The notes: a model not told the origin generated them from the letters alone. Positions 1 through 11,335 are shown, counted from the first letter of the stretch. The stretch: 64,000 nucleotides of DNA from a bacterium (GCA_030697705.1 JAUYPE010000002.1:4312-68311), one strand, 5' to 3'. Numbers and translations are program-made.

Positions 1-625
1 GCATGGAGTCCAGCGCGGCATTAAACACTTGTATGGGATACCAATGCCATTCTTCTTTGTGTGTGTAAACACTTCCACGAAACTCATGTGCCGAAAACAG
101 ATGAAATGCGATATGATCTTTATCAGCAGACGCCCGCTCTACCATGTGATAAGGGGCAAAACCGACATAACAGAGGTTAGTAGTGGAGGCCAGAAAATCT
201 TCCGCACAGGTGCGAAAAACGCCTATCAAGGCCTGGATAACAGGACTCACGCCGCACTCCCGTTCAGCCCGATCAACTAAAAAACTTTCAATTGAACGGT
301 AGGAGTGAATCGCCCCGCCCTGCATCCACCACTTTCCTCCAAACGGTTTACCAAGCGCCCGTTTGACGGCAAGGAATCCCGCCTCACCATCCGGCATTCG
401 TGTCGTGATGACCACATCTGCGCACGCGCTATCCAGCCCCTGCCGATACCCGTCGTATATATCTGGACTTACCCCTCCACTGCGATGTCCGGGAGGAACA
501 GTAATGTCAACCTCACCTGCGTGGACATATCTTAACTTCCGTTCCTTTGTCAGATCAGATACATTACGCATCCAAATGACCGTATCGGTCAAAAATCTTT
601 TTCCGGAGAGTGTTTCTTCCGACAC
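1..625 (-). CDS. Nudix hydrolase (GDP-mannose mannosyl hydrolase-like); 3' end runs off the window
   Basis: Not in the ORF track; translated by hand. The frame is open from GTG 625 (AAGGAG upstream; alternative ATG at 571) to base 1: ...CADVVIT...LAVKRALGKPFGGKWWMQGG...DRAERECGV..., a Nudix-like signature. Confidence 0.7.
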   Translation of the reverse strand, partial: MSEETLSGKRFLTDTVIWMRNVSDLTKERKLRYVHAGEVDITVPPGHRSGGVSPDIYDGYRQGLDSACADVVITTRMPDGEAGFLAVKRALGKPFGGKWWMQGGAIHSYRSIESFLVDRAERECGVSPVIQALIGVFRTCAEDFLASTTNLCYVGFAPYHMVERASADKDHIAFHLFSAHEFRGSVYTHKEEWHWYPIQVFNAALDSM

Positions 626-712
626 ATCCAACTCCTTTTCCGTTGTGAAATAACACAAGAACTCCCATAAAAACCCACACATCTGACACGAAGCAATATA
701 GCAAATAAATAC

Positions 713-1804
713 CTATTTGTCCAGACATCGGTAAAGTTCTTGATATTCTCCTATTCGTTTTTCCCACGATGAGGCGCGAGCAAATGCGCGTGAGGCATCT
801 GACATTTTTTGGCGGAGTTCTTGATTGGCAAGAATTTTTTGCAAGGCGGCGGCAAAGTCGTCAGGATCACGCGTAGGAACGAGAATACTGTTTTCGCCAT
901 CGCGCACCGCATCGTCAATCCCGCAGTTTTTGCTTCCCACCACCGGAAGACCTGCGGCGGCGGCTTCCAGAAATACTAAACCAAAACCCTCTACATCATG
1001 ATTCACATTTTGTGAAAAAAGACAAAAGAGTTCGGCTCCCTGATAGATATCGCTCAACGCCTCGCAGTTTTCTATACCGTCCAAAATAATAACGCGCCCT
1101 TCGAGTTGTAATTCCTTGATAAGTTTGGTAAGCCGTTCGTCATAGTCATGTTTATACCTTTTACCGACGATGACATAGTTCAGATGAGGAAATGCTGTAG
1201 CTATTTTCGCAAACGCACGGATGCTGAAATGGTATCCCTTCCGCCAGCGGATCGTACCCACACCGAGAATATAATCCTTGAGTCCCGCCGTGTCATATGC
1301 GCCATAAGGTTTGGCAAAAAAATCAGCATCAACACCGTGGTTGATGACGCGAATTTTCAGGTTGGGTATTTTTTTCAGAATCTCGTCTCGCGTAAATGAG
1401 CTGATAGCGGTAACGGTATTCGCCCGGGCGTAGGCATACCGAACCGGCCAAGAGTATAGCCAATGATACAGCGGTAAAATTGAACCGCTCCCCGTTGCGG
1501 TAATGATTATTTTTTTCCTAAGACCGAGTGAGGCGAAAACCGCGATGATCCCGTACGGAAACGCATCAAGCGCATGAATAATATCCGCGTTTTTCAGCGT
1601 GCGGCGAATACGGGGAAGAGCGCGAAACAACCGCCACTTGTTGGGATAGAGAATCGCTTCTTCATAATCCTCTCCGGTTCTAACCGTCGTGAGAACGCGC
1701 ACGTGACTCCCCACATCCGCACGCACAGCAGAAATCAACCGGCGCGAGAAGACGCCGGCACCGTTGTCAGTATGAATATTGTGCGTCAGGAAGACGATCC
1801 GCAT
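713..1804 (-). CDS. GT4 family glycosyltransferase
   Basis: EGFGLVFLEAAAAGLPVV motif; GT-B architecture. Confidence 0.92.
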   Translation of the reverse strand: MRIVFLTHNIHTDNGAGVFSRRLISAVRADVGSHVRVLTTVRTGEDYEEAILYPNKWRLFRALPRIRRTLKNADIIHALDAFPYGIIAVFASLGLRKKIIITATGSGSILPLYHWLYSWPVRYAYARANTVTAISSFTRDEILKKIPNLKIRVINHGVDADFFAKPYGAYDTAGLKDYILGVGTIRWRKGYHFSIRAFAKIATAFPHLNYVIVGKRYKHDYDERLTKLIKELQLEGRVIILDGIENCEALSDIYQGAELFCLFSQNVNHDVEGFGLVFLEAAAAGLPVVGSKNCGIDDAVRDGENSILVPTRDPDDFAAALQKILANQELRQKMSDASRAFARASSWEKRIGEYQELYRCLDK

Positions 1805-2874
1805 ACTTTTTTGCAAACCGCCGTCATCTCACGACCGGCTTTGTGCCATGAGAATAGTTTCGTCCGCTCATGACCTTTTTTAATAAGCTCCTCGCGCACA
1901 CCCGGCTCATCCGCAATCCGCGCCATCGCACCGGCTATCGCTTCAGGACGGTGCGGATCAATCAAAAGCGCCGCATCTCCACCGACTTCAGCAAGCGAGG
2001 ATTGATCGGATGTAACGACGGGAATGCCGCAATCCATTCCCTCTAAAACCGGATAGCCAAAACCCTCTATAAAACTGGGAAAAACGAGAGCCATGGCGCG
2101 GCGATACATATAAGAAAGCTGACCATCATTCATGTGCCCGGGGAAGATAATTTTCTCTTCCAGTTTCTCTGCCGTGATATATTCGCGAATCGCGTCCGCA
2201 TAGGGACCGACCGCATTTCCGGCAATGACGAGGTGATAGTCGCGATGTGTTTTTTGAAACGCGTTGAATCCGCGCACGACATTGAATACATTCTTACGCT
2301 CTTTCACGATACCGACAAAGAGGAAGAAATTTTCCGGCAGAGCAAGCCGCGTTTCGGGAACGGCGCAGACACGCTTGAAACCGCACCGCACGACATCAAT
2401 TTTTTCCGCCTGCATATGAAAAATACGCATCGTCTCTCGCTTGGTTGCTTCGGAAATGGCGACGATACGGTCGGCGCGCCAAAGCGAACGGCGATGATAC
2501 CAATAGGTTATGGTATTGAGAATCCTGCCAAAAAATCCGTGCGGGGGAAAATCAAGATAGGCGAAATCAAGAGCAAGCGCGATGGATTTAGGCGGTCGCC
2601 AGAACAGCGGCAGAACGGGCGTGTTAAAAACATACACATCGGCACGAGGCGCGGTTTTCAGGCGATCAAGCCAAAGATAGCCGCTCCCCAAGATTTCAAT
2701 ACGCCAATTTTTTCCGGAGAATTCCGGCAAAACGCGTGGCTTGTTTTTGAGAAAAATGATATAGTCGTTTTCTCTGTCCTCCGCGATCATGCCGGTCGTC
2801 AATTCAAAAATCGTCCGCGCGAGTCCGGCGGGCTTATCCTCACCGTAGGGATGGAGAACGATGCCGATTTTCAT
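1786..2874 (-). CDS. GT4 family glycosyltransferase (mannosyltransferase-like)
   Basis: FPSFIEGFGYPVLEGMDCGIPVV motif; RKN motif. Confidence 0.92.
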   Translation of the reverse strand: MKIGIVLHPYGEDKPAGLARTIFELTTGMIAEDRENDYIIFLKNKPRVLPEFSGKNWRIEILGSGYLWLDRLKTAPRADVYVFNTPVLPLFWRPPKSIALALDFAYLDFPPHGFFGRILNTITYWYHRRSLWRADRIVAISEATKRETMRIFHMQAEKIDVVRCGFKRVCAVPETRLALPENFFLFVGIVKERKNVFNVVRGFNAFQKTHRDYHLVIAGNAVGPYADAIREYITAEKLEEKIIFPGHMNDGQLSYMYRRAMALVFPSFIEGFGYPVLEGMDCGIPVVTSDQSSLAEVGGDAALLIDPHRPEAIAGAMARIADEPGVREELIKKGHERTKLFSWHKAGREMTAVCKKVCGSSS

Positions 2875-4022
2875 ACAAGTTGGCTCTCCATAAAGTGTAC
2901 TATGCGTAGTGCCCGCTCACCCCATGAAGAGTGCAAATGCTGATAAGCTTGATTGACCTTATCCTGTGCCTCATCGGGATGTTCAAAAATATATCTGATC
3001 CTTTCTGGAATGTCTGCGGCCTTATCTGCCGGATAAACGAACGCTTCATTGTTGGAAAGAATACTCGCAATCGCCGGCGTCACGCTTGCAAGAATCGGAC
3101 GACGCGCCGCCGCATACTCAAATATCTTCATAGGCGAAGTATAAAAATATGAATAGTCATCCTTCTCGGTTCCCAGAACGATCAAGACATCAGCCGCCCA
3201 AAGCCAACGGGGAATTTCCGCAAAAGGTTTTTGCCCGACACACACAAGATTTGCAGGTTGTTCGTTTATTAAACCAACGGTACGCAATTCTTCAGCAGTT
3301 CCTCCTACGAGATAAAAGAGAATATTCGGCATAAGGATTGCCGCTTCAACAAATTGTCCCAATCCTTTCCATGGATAGACCTTGCCGATATACATTACCA
3401 TTCGCCGGTCAGATGAAAGACCGAGAAGAGTACGGGCAACTTCTTTGCTTTCCGGCTTATCAAACAAAGCACGGTCAACCGCATTCGGTTCAACTATATT
3501 TTTTTTGTTAGGAACATGAAAACGATAACACAACTGCGCCTTGATAATTTCGTTAATTGATATGACGCCGGATGCATATCGAAAGAGAAGAATGAATTGC
3601 CATAACTTCTTTTTCGCATCGTGCATTTCAACGAAATACGGCACACCAAGGAACGGGATGAGAAAAAAAGAAAACTGGTCAAGATCGGTCGTGTAGATAA
3701 CGAACTTCTCGTGGCGTACCCAGTGCTTCCAACCGAGATAAAAAAAATATCCCACCGCAAAGCTCAATGAACCGAGAAAAAAACCGAACCGGCCGAATGT
3801 ATAGAGCGGCAGGATGCGGAGCCGTTTGAGCGGAATGTCCACACGCAAACCGTAAAAATCTTTTACGCTTCGGGTATCTGTTTCTCGTCGCGGCACGACC
3901 AACTCAAGGTTAACACCCACCTCCAAAAACGCCTCGCACATTTTGGCAAGTTGAATACCGTGCGCCCGTTCGGTTGGCATGCGCGCGTTGGCGATATAAT
4001 AAATTTTATAGGGAAAGTCCAT
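2871..4022 (-). CDS. GT4 family glycosyltransferase
   Basis: N-terminal ARMPTERAHGIQ; SPMKIFEYAAARRPI motif. Confidence 0.9.
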   Translation of the reverse strand: MDFPYKIYYIANARMPTERAHGIQLAKMCEAFLEVGVNLELVVPRRETDTRSVKDFYGLRVDIPLKRLRILPLYTFGRFGFFLGSLSFAVGYFFYLGWKHWVRHEKFVIYTTDLDQFSFFLIPFLGVPYFVEMHDAKKKLWQFILLFRYASGVISINEIIKAQLCYRFHVPNKKNIVEPNAVDRALFDKPESKEVARTLLGLSSDRRMVMYIGKVYPWKGLGQFVEAAILMPNILFYLVGGTAEELRTVGLINEQPANLVCVGQKPFAEIPRWLWAADVLIVLGTEKDDYSYFYTSPMKIFEYAAARRPILASVTPAIASILSNNEAFVYPADKAADIPERIRYIFEHPDEAQDKVNQAYQHLHSSWGERALRIVHFMESQLV

Positions 4023-4041
4023 AAGGGAAACACATTCCCCG

Positions 4042-5079
4042 TTACGCCATCAACCGGCGGATGAGCTTTTCCTCATCAAATACCCAGCGCACGAGTTTGG
4101 CGGCACCGTGTTCAAAATCAATGCGCGGCTCCCAACCCAGATCTTTTTTAATCCGCGCAAGATCGGAGATATACACTTTTTGATCGCCCGGACGCCACGC
4201 GGCGAAGGAATAAGCGATTTTGGTCTGCATGATCTTCTCCAGCACGGCAATCGCCTCAAGGAGCGAGAAGGTATTTCCCGCGCCACCACCGATATTATAA
4301 ATTTTACCGCTAACTTTGGCGATATTTTTAATCGCCAACTCGTAAAGCGTGCACACATCGTCAATGAAAACAACATCACGCACCTGTCGTCCGTCACCGT
4401 AAATCGTCAGCGGACGATGAAGGAGTGTGGAAATAACGAACCAGGCAATCCATCCCTGATCCTCCACACCGAACTGGTGCGGTCCGTAAATGCACGACTG
4501 ACGAAAAACAACCGTCTTAAGACCATAGATGCGCGCATAGTCGCGGACGTATTGATCCGCAGCACCCTTACTGCAACCGTAGGGGGAATGAAAATCAACC
4601 GGCGTCGATTCGGAAACGCCCCGAGGCAGATCACGATACCAGTAGCCGGCATCGGTGAGTTCCACCGCCGCGTTTTCCAAATTGCCATATACCTTATTGG
4701 TGGAGGCGTAGAGCACGGCAGGTCTACGAACAGAACGGCGCACCGCCTCAAGAACATTGAGTGTCCCCTCGGCATTGACTTTGAAATCATGGTGAGGATC
4801 CGCCATGGAGTGTGTCACGGCAACCTGTGCCGCCAGATGCAGTACCGCGTCCACCCGTTCCATAAAACCGACCATGGCATCCGCGCCATCCGTGATATCA
4901 TGCTCAACTATCTTGCACCGCCCGCCCCATTTTTTCTTGAGCCAGAGGGCATTTTCGCCCGACCCCTTGCGGGAGAGATCGTCCACTATCGTCACTTCGT
5001 ATCCTTTACCAAGAAAATAATCGGCGCTGTTCGTGCCGATAAATCCAGCCCCGCCGGTAATGAGTATGTGTTTTGCCAT
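4042..5079 (-). CDS. NAD-dependent epimerase/dehydratase (CDP-paratose 2-epimerase/RfbE-like)
   Basis: GGAGFIG Rossmann motif; YGCSK (YxxxK); STNKVYG; FRQSCIYGPHQFGVEDQGW. Confidence 0.9.
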   Translation of the reverse strand: MAKHILITGGAGFIGTNSADYFLGKGYEVTIVDDLSRKGSGENALWLKKKWGGRCKIVEHDITDGADAMVGFMERVDAVLHLAAQVAVTHSMADPHHDFKVNAEGTLNVLEAVRRSVRRPAVLYASTNKVYGNLENAAVELTDAGYWYRDLPRGVSESTPVDFHSPYGCSKGAADQYVRDYARIYGLKTVVFRQSCIYGPHQFGVEDQGWIAWFVISTLLHRPLTIYGDGRQVRDVVFIDDVCTLYELAIKNIAKVSGKIYNIGGGAGNTFSLLEAIAVLEKIMQTKIAYSFAAWRPGDQKVYISDLARIKKDLGWEPRIDFEHGAAKLVRWVFDEEKLIRRLMA

Positions 5080-5140
5080 GTGAAAAAAGGATCGCCGCGA
5101 GTCCTTGTTCCGAAGTAGAACCCGCTACCCCACACGCAAG

Positions 5141-6202
5141 TTACGCCCTGCACTTTCGCACCTCGGTCTCAATGAGGGTTCCCAGGATCTCAACGGTATG
5201 GGCTAGGCTGTGATGCGCAAGAACGATATCGCGCAGTGCCCGGTTGGGACGCGGCTCAAGGGCAAGTTTTTTAATCCGCGTCGCAAGAAACTCGGCGTTT
5301 CGGTGTTCAAGAAAATACTCCGCTGGAACAACCGTACGGTACGCATCATTCGCGGTAATAACGGTAAGCCCGGTCGCCATCGCCTCCAGAACGGCCTTAT
5401 CAAGCGATCCCGTCCGCGACGCGTTCAGAAACAGGTCATGCTCCGCAAGAAGTGAAGGAATCTCTTCATAACCGCGCGGACCGGCAAAGATGATTTTTCT
5501 TTCCAGTCCCGCGCCCATGACAAGATGCTTGAGACGGGAAAAGTATTCATGGTCGCGTGGCAGGATCGGCCCACCGACAATCGTGAGACGCCACTCCCCG
5601 TCCCATGCCGCGTCCAATAGCTTGCATGCGCGAATAATCGTCTCGTAATCCTTCACCGGCGCGATTCTCCCGATACTGATCATGCGGAGCGGCCGACCGG
5701 ACGCTTCAGCACTCTGTCCACGCAAACGAAAAAGATCCGTATTGACCGCCTGCCCGAGATACAGCACTTTTTTTGAAGGCAAGCGGAATCCTCCCGCCGA
5801 CGAGGTGAGCACAAAATCAACCAGACGCTCCGCCCACGCAAGACGCCGGCTGACCGCTCCATGCGCATACCACAAAAAAGACGGGCGGCGAAGCGAAACA
5901 AGAAAAGGCGCGGCCGCCAGAACAAACTCGGGAATCATATGAAAAAAAACCGCATCCGTGCGTGCATAGTAATACGAAAAAAGCTCCCAAAATCGCCAGA
6001 GCCGGCGCATACGACCGATACCTTCTTCTTTCCCCAATGTCACCACGGTGATATTTGCAGGCAGATGTGCCGACTCCCCCGCCGCATCCGCAATGATAAC
6101 CACCTCTTCAAATCGAGTGGCGAGTCCTATAAACCAATAGTAAAAAGCGCCAAGATTTTCATCACTCCGATGCACCCGCTGGGTAACAATAAGTAATTTC
6201 AT
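5141..6202 (-). CDS. GT4 family glycosyltransferase
   Basis: IGRIAPVK; GSLDKAVLEAMATG motif. Confidence 0.9.
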   Translation of the reverse strand: MKLLIVTQRVHRSDENLGAFYYWFIGLATRFEEVVIIADAAGESAHLPANITVVTLGKEEGIGRMRRLWRFWELFSYYYARTDAVFFHMIPEFVLAAAPFLVSLRRPSFLWYAHGAVSRRLAWAERLVDFVLTSSAGGFRLPSKKVLYLGQAVNTDLFRLRGQSAEASGRPLRMISIGRIAPVKDYETIIRACKLLDAAWDGEWRLTIVGGPILPRDHEYFSRLKHLVMGAGLERKIIFAGPRGYEEIPSLLAEHDLFLNASRTGSLDKAVLEAMATGLTVITANDAYRTVVPAEYFLEHRNAEFLATRIKKLALEPRPNRALRDIVLAHHSLAHTVEILGTLIETEVRKCRA

Positions 6203-6219
6203 AATATTGTCATCCGTTG

Positions 6220-7380
6220 TTATTGCAACGCGCGATTCCTTAGGGCACCGACGAGGCGCAAAAAACTTGCACGATAGTCCGCAAGATATTTTTCCCGTGA
6301 ATTATCCAGATGTCCACTGACGGCATCCTGTGCGCGCTCACCCATGCTGGTACGGAGCGCGCGGTCGCCCGCCATCGTCGCGAGTGCACCGGCAAAACCG
6401 ATCTCATCATCAATCGCAACGACAAGACCCTCGCGACCATTGTGCACAAGTTCTCCGGCAAGACCGACATCCGTCATGATGACGGGCACGCCCGCCGCCA
6501 TCGCCTCAACCACCACCCTTCCCCACCCCTCAAAATACGACGAGAGCGCCAGACAATCAAATGATTTAAGAAAGACGGGCAGATCGGTACGCCATGGTTC
6601 AATGATAATATTTCGTTCCAGTTTGCGTGAAATGATTGCGCGCCGATAACGTGCCTCATCCGGACCCGCACCGACGAGCACCAAGAGCGCATAGGGATTT
6701 TTTTCGACCAGCCGCGCCATGGCACGAATAAGAAGGAAAAAGTTTTTTTCCCGCTCCACGAAACGGCCAACAGCAATTATCTTGAAAGAAAAATTGCTAA
6801 AACGGCGCGTCAGTTCGGAATCCGGCACGGCAGAAATAAAACGACTGATATCGGTAGCGACGGGAAGGATACTTATGCGTTCTCGCGGCACGCACATCGG
6901 CTGTCCGGTAAGCGAGCGCGCGATGCGCTCCGAAACGACGCGAATGCCATCCGCACGTGGCAAAAGAAACCGTGCAAAATAATAACACGCCCGCTCGCGC
7001 CACGACGCGCGGCGATACCACGGACTCATGATATCGGCATGGACCTGCACCTGCAGGGGTATGCCATACACACGCGCAAAGAGATACATAAGTAATCCCA
7101 TCTCATCCGGCGCTTGCACGGTTAGCGCGTCAAACCGCCTGCGGCGGCACAGCGTACGCACCATGCGAAATGCCCGCCATCGCCGCAAAAATGGCGAGCG
7201 CGCGGCGGCCGCATACCACGTGAGAGAATCCATCGCACCCATTCCTCGCACGGCGGCATCCGCGGTAAGAACGACGACCGTCATTTCACCGCACACACGA
7301 GCGTACTCTCGCACCCGTTCGTGCGCCTCGCTCCCCGGCACGGCAAGGACCGGATCTTCGGACAGCATGAGAATGTTCAT
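6220..7380 (-). CDS. GT4 family glycosyltransferase
   Basis: EGWGRVVVEAMAAGVPVI motif. Confidence 0.92.
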   Translation of the reverse strand: MNILMLSEDPVLAVPGSEAHERVREYARVCGEMTVVVLTADAAVRGMGAMDSLTWYAAAARSPFLRRWRAFRMVRTLCRRRRFDALTVQAPDEMGLLMYLFARVYGIPLQVQVHADIMSPWYRRASWRERACYYFARFLLPRADGIRVVSERIARSLTGQPMCVPRERISILPVATDISRFISAVPDSELTRRFSNFSFKIIAVGRFVEREKNFFLLIRAMARLVEKNPYALLVLVGAGPDEARYRRAIISRKLERNIIIEPWRTDLPVFLKSFDCLALSSYFEGWGRVVVEAMAAGVPVIMTDVGLAGELVHNGREGLVVAIDDEIGFAGALATMAGDRALRTSMGERAQDAVSGHLDNSREKYLADYRASFLRLVGALRNRALQ

Positions 7381-9644
7381 AATGAATTGAGAATGTCTGC
7401 TGTCTCGCGGATCATCCGCTCGCGCGAAAAACGGCGAACCGATGCCACAGCGCGGACAACCGTGGTACGACGCAATATCTCCCGTTCATTGTGCACACGA
7501 AGAATCGCGGCGTGCCACGCGGCACCGTCATTATAACCCGCAACAATGCCCGTCTCACCGTCTCTAATTAGCTCGGGATTCCCGCCCGCCGAAGTCGTAA
7601 CAATGGGAATGCCGGCTCTCATCGCTTCGGCAAGCACATGCGACATTCCTTCATAGCCCGTGTTGAGAAGAAACGTGTCGCCGCCCGCAAGATACCGCAC
7701 AAGCACCTCATGCGGCACCGCGCCCGCAAGCATCACCACGCGCCCCAGATGCAGAGCGGTTATTTTTTCTTCAAGACGGGCGGCATCGGGGCCGGACCCA
7801 ACAATGATAAGCCGCGCATCAGGAATCTCGCGTACTATTTCCGGCATGAGACCGATCAAGAGCTCAAATCCTTTCCACAGAACCAGCCGCCCCGCGGAGA
7901 TGAGGACAAATCCGGAGAGATCAAGCTTGGCGCGCGCTTCATCGCGGGATGACGGCGTAAAGACAGGGAAGGCATTATGCACGACACGAATACGGTTCTT
8001 CTCAACCCCCCACCGCACCACGACTGTTTTTAAATATTCGCTCGGAACAATGACGATACGAGCGCGACGCGCGCTCCAACGCTCCAACCGCCGCAAAAAC
8101 TCCACACGCACACCGTATTTTTTTTCCAAAAACTCGTCAAGTAATCCCGTGACCCCGAATCGTTGAACGCTCTGCTCCCAGGCATAGTCGCCGACTATTT
8201 TCATTACCAATGGTTTTCGCAAAAAAAGAGCAACCAGCGCCGCAGGCACGCCCACGCTTACCGGATCTTGCGCAAAAATACTGTCCGCGCCACACGCCTG
8301 CATGGCTATGGCCACAAGATAGCGGAGATGCCGCACGCCCGGCGGAAGACGGCGAAATGCACCGAAATACGCGACACGCACAACAAATTTTTCAGCGGGC
8401 AGCGCATCAATAAGCGCCTCCGCATAGGTTGCCGGACCGCCAACATCCGGCGGGAATATTCCCGCGGCGACGACAACCGTCCGCCGCACCGCGAAACATT
8501 GGGCAAAAAGCGCGCCATAGGCCGTAGCAATGGCATCCCATGAAAAATTCTGCGCCACATGTTCACGTCCGTTTTCGACCATCATCGCCGCCCGGTCCGG
8601 ATATTCAAGCAGAGTGCTCACGCATCGCGCTATATCAGCCGGTTCGTCAACACGCGCAAAAAGTCCCGTCACACCCTCTGTGATTATGTCGGGAATGCCG
8701 CCCACCCGAGTTCCCACAATCGGGACACCCGCCGCAAGCGCTTCTACGAAAGCATTCCCCATTCCTTCGCTCCGCGAGGGACGCACAAACACATCCGCAT
8801 CGTGAAGGAGAACAGGAATACGCTCATACGGCACCTCGCCGATGAACGAGACGATATCGGCAACTCCCGTCTCGCGTGCAACCGCCATGAGATGTCTTCG
8901 CTCCGGACCGTCACCGATAATAATACCGCGAATTTCCGGCGTTTTTTTTCGCACCTCCGCGATTGCGCGGATAAAGCTGTCGATGCCGTTTTTATGAACG
9001 AGCCGCGAGACGGTAATAACAATTTTCTCACTGTTGCGTTTTTTTTCACTATCCGCCTTTTGCCCGCCCGGATTCTGAAACAGCACCGCATCAACGCCGT
9101 TGGGAATCAGGCGCAGAGGACCGCAATAACCTGCACCACGTACCGCCGCGGTAAGCGAGCGAGAGATTGCCGTCACCGCATCCGCACGCGCAAGCATAAG
9201 ACGAAATGCCGCACCAATAAACCCTTTCCGTCCCCGCCGCAGGCGCTCCTCTCCTTCGCCATACTGGACGGTCAGTATAAACCGTGTCCGCGGGGCGAGC
9301 AGTTTTATCAAAACACCCGCAAGCGCGCCGTGCGAGATATCAACGCCCCACACCATCGGCCGCACCGCGCCTTGCCGCCGTGCCGAACGCGCTATCATAA
9401 AAAACTGCCGCGCGCCAAGAAAGGGTAGAAGCCACTTATCCCCTGATACAGATAAGCCCACGCGCGTGATAACCATCCCGTCCCGCACTTCATGTCGCGG
9501 CAGTGTGCGACGGAATCGCGCCGTTACGATATGAAAATCAAACCTTGGCGCAAGACGCCGCACGGTTTCCTGAATGGCAATCTCCGCTCCGCCCACAAAC
9601 GGAACATAACTCGTAGAAAAAACAACAATAATCGGCTTTGGCAT
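7377..9644 (-). CDS. Tandem double GT4 glycosyltransferase
   Basis: Two GT-B units: EGMGNAFVEALAAG and EGMSHVLAEAMRAG. Confidence 0.9.
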   Translation of the reverse strand: MPKPIIVVFSTSYVPFVGGAEIAIQETVRRLAPRFDFHIVTARFRRTLPRHEVRDGMVITRVGLSVSGDKWLLPFLGARQFFMIARSARRQGAVRPMVWGVDISHGALAGVLIKLLAPRTRFILTVQYGEGEERLRRGRKGFIGAAFRLMLARADAVTAISRSLTAAVRGAGYCGPLRLIPNGVDAVLFQNPGGQKADSEKKRNSEKIVITVSRLVHKNGIDSFIRAIAEVRKKTPEIRGIIIGDGPERRHLMAVARETGVADIVSFIGEVPYERIPVLLHDADVFVRPSRSEGMGNAFVEALAAGVPIVGTRVGGIPDIITEGVTGLFARVDEPADIARCVSTLLEYPDRAAMMVENGREHVAQNFSWDAIATAYGALFAQCFAVRRTVVVAAGIFPPDVGGPATYAEALIDALPAEKFVVRVAYFGAFRRLPPGVRHLRYLVAIAMQACGADSIFAQDPVSVGVPAALVALFLRKPLVMKIVGDYAWEQSVQRFGVTGLLDEFLEKKYGVRVEFLRRLERWSARRARIVIVPSEYLKTVVVRWGVEKNRIRVVHNAFPVFTPSSRDEARAKLDLSGFVLISAGRLVLWKGFELLIGLMPEIVREIPDARLIIVGSGPDAARLEEKITALHLGRVVMLAGAVPHEVLVRYLAGGDTFLLNTGYEGMSHVLAEAMRAGIPIVTTSAGGNPELIRDGETGIVAGYNDGAAWHAAILRVHNEREILRRTTVVRAVASVRRFSRERMIRETADILNSL

Positions 9645-9670
9645 GATAACGCATGAGAGGATACGACACG

Positions 9671-11323
9671 CTACACTTTCATTTTCAAAAATAAGAAACC
9701 AAGCGCCGCACCCAAAGCGATAACACCCGCCGCGGCAAAGAACATCCAGGGCGGGACAGCATCCTTTATAATTCGTGTGCTTTCGGGCAACGCATCTACG
9801 ATCAGCGATGCGGCGTGCGCGGCAGAATATCCTCCGTTTTCATCATGCAACACGGCAGAGGCGGGAACGGTTGATGCCACACCGCCCGTAGTTATTTTAT
9901 ACCCACCTCCTTCGGACGCATGTCCTTGCGCGGTAATTCTTGGGATTTCTTTGCCCACCGGTAACGCATGTGATTCCGGCAAAGGCACCGGGACGGAAGA
10001 CGATGTCATAGCAACGCGCGATACAGGTGGCAACGCAGAAGTTGCAGACACATGCTCCGCGGGTGGTGTGATGCCACGAATCCCTCCGGAAAATGTTTCC
10101 GCAGGAATTCCGTTGGCATAGCGCAAGACAATCTTCGGGAGGATATCCGAGACAACACCCGCCAAGCGTGTTGTTTCATTCGGCAATGCCGCGGCGGCGT
10201 GCGGAGCGATGCGAGTACCGGACGGCAGAATGAAGCTCATTGCGCCATCTTCCAGCCGCCATCCGCCGACATCAATCGCCACCGCCGAAGGATTTTCAAG
10301 GCGAATAAACCCTCCACTCCCCGGTACAACCTCGACGATACGGAGTTGGTTAGGCGCCACTACCACCGTTGCGTAATCAGATGCGGCATACTCACCCGAA
10401 GCCACATGAAGACCAATGAGATACGTTCCCGGAAATCTAAAAATATGCTCAACCGCCCGCCCCTCCGCGGTCTCACCGTCACCGAAATTCCAGAGAAAAC
10501 GCGCGCTCTCAATCGGCTTGTCGGTAAGACCGATGCCGTAGCCCAGAAATGAAACAATCGATCCGGCAACGGTATTCCGGTCCTGACCCGCATATGATTT
10601 TATCGTCGGTATCGGCGGAACCGCACGAACTTCTTGCCCCGCCGCGCCTGCACTATCTAATGACGCCATGCCGGATGAAGAAGAAGTTGCCGTCACCGAT
10701 GATACCATTAAAGTGCCACCGCTTTTATTGGGCTGTCCGATCGTCGGCCGCCCGATGACTTCCCATGCCCCGCTCCCATCTTCCGTTACGCCGTCTTCTT
10801 TGAGCGCGATGGAATTTCCTTCCGCCATATTTGCACTACCGACAAATGTTCCCCGCGACCACAATCCCGCATCACTCGCCGCGCTCTCCCAGGTCTCTCC
10901 CCCCTTCCCCCACTCCACAAAACTTTTTATCGTTTCTTTGCCCCGCGGCTCGGCAGAAAAGAGTGCCGCCGAACCGGAGGTATTGCCCATATTGGTTTTT
11001 ATCGTGGAAGACGCCACATACAGGTCGCTCTCCGTATCATTTCCCGCCTCCCGCAAATGCACCGTGAGTACGCTATAGGGCTTAAGCACAAAATGAGCCG
11101 GGAAGACAATATAACCGATACCGTCCGGATACAGTTCCCATCCGGAGAGATCGTCCGCTGTGGCACTGCCGTTATAAAGCTCAATCCGCTCGAGACCGGT
11201 GTCGGCCCCGAGCGGATCAAAGAGCACTTCATTGATAACAGTACCGCTCGCACCCACCCATGCGGGAGAGATCAAAAAGAGGAGAAGCGAGAACGACGCA
11301 GTAATGTTGGCGTACGCTCGCAT
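9671..11323 (-). CDS. Surface protein with lamin-tail and PKD domains and a C-terminal membrane anchor
   Basis: Signal peptide; VINEVLFDP..ERIELYN (LTD); WNFGDG..HIF.FPGTY (PKD); second LTD-like segment; C-terminal TM. Confidence 0.8.
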   Translation of the reverse strand: MRAYANITASFSLLLFLISPAWVGASGTVINEVLFDPLGADTGLERIELYNGSATADDLSGWELYPDGIGYIVFPAHFVLKPYSVLTVHLREAGNDTESDLYVASSTIKTNMGNTSGSAALFSAEPRGKETIKSFVEWGKGGETWESAASDAGLWSRGTFVGSANMAEGNSIALKEDGVTEDGSGAWEVIGRPTIGQPNKSGGTLMVSSVTATSSSSGMASLDSAGAAGQEVRAVPPIPTIKSYAGQDRNTVAGSIVSFLGYGIGLTDKPIESARFLWNFGDGETAEGRAVEHIFRFPGTYLIGLHVASGEYAASDYATVVVAPNQLRIVEVVPGSGGFIRLENPSAVAIDVGGWRLEDGAMSFILPSGTRIAPHAAAALPNETTRLAGVVSDILPKIVLRYANGIPAETFSGGIRGITPPAEHVSATSALPPVSRVAMTSSSVPVPLPESHALPVGKEIPRITAQGHASEGGGYKITTGGVASTVPASAVLHDENGGYSAAHAASLIVDALPESTRIIKDAVPPWMFFAAAGVIALGAALGFLFLKMKV

Positions 11324-11335
11324 AAGCGAAGCTGA

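Noticed and set aside
4108-5118. Long plus-strand ORFs (also 2134, 8559, 23882, 40099, 48801)
   Set aside because: Antisense shadows of well-supported minus-strand genes or a tRNA; no motifs
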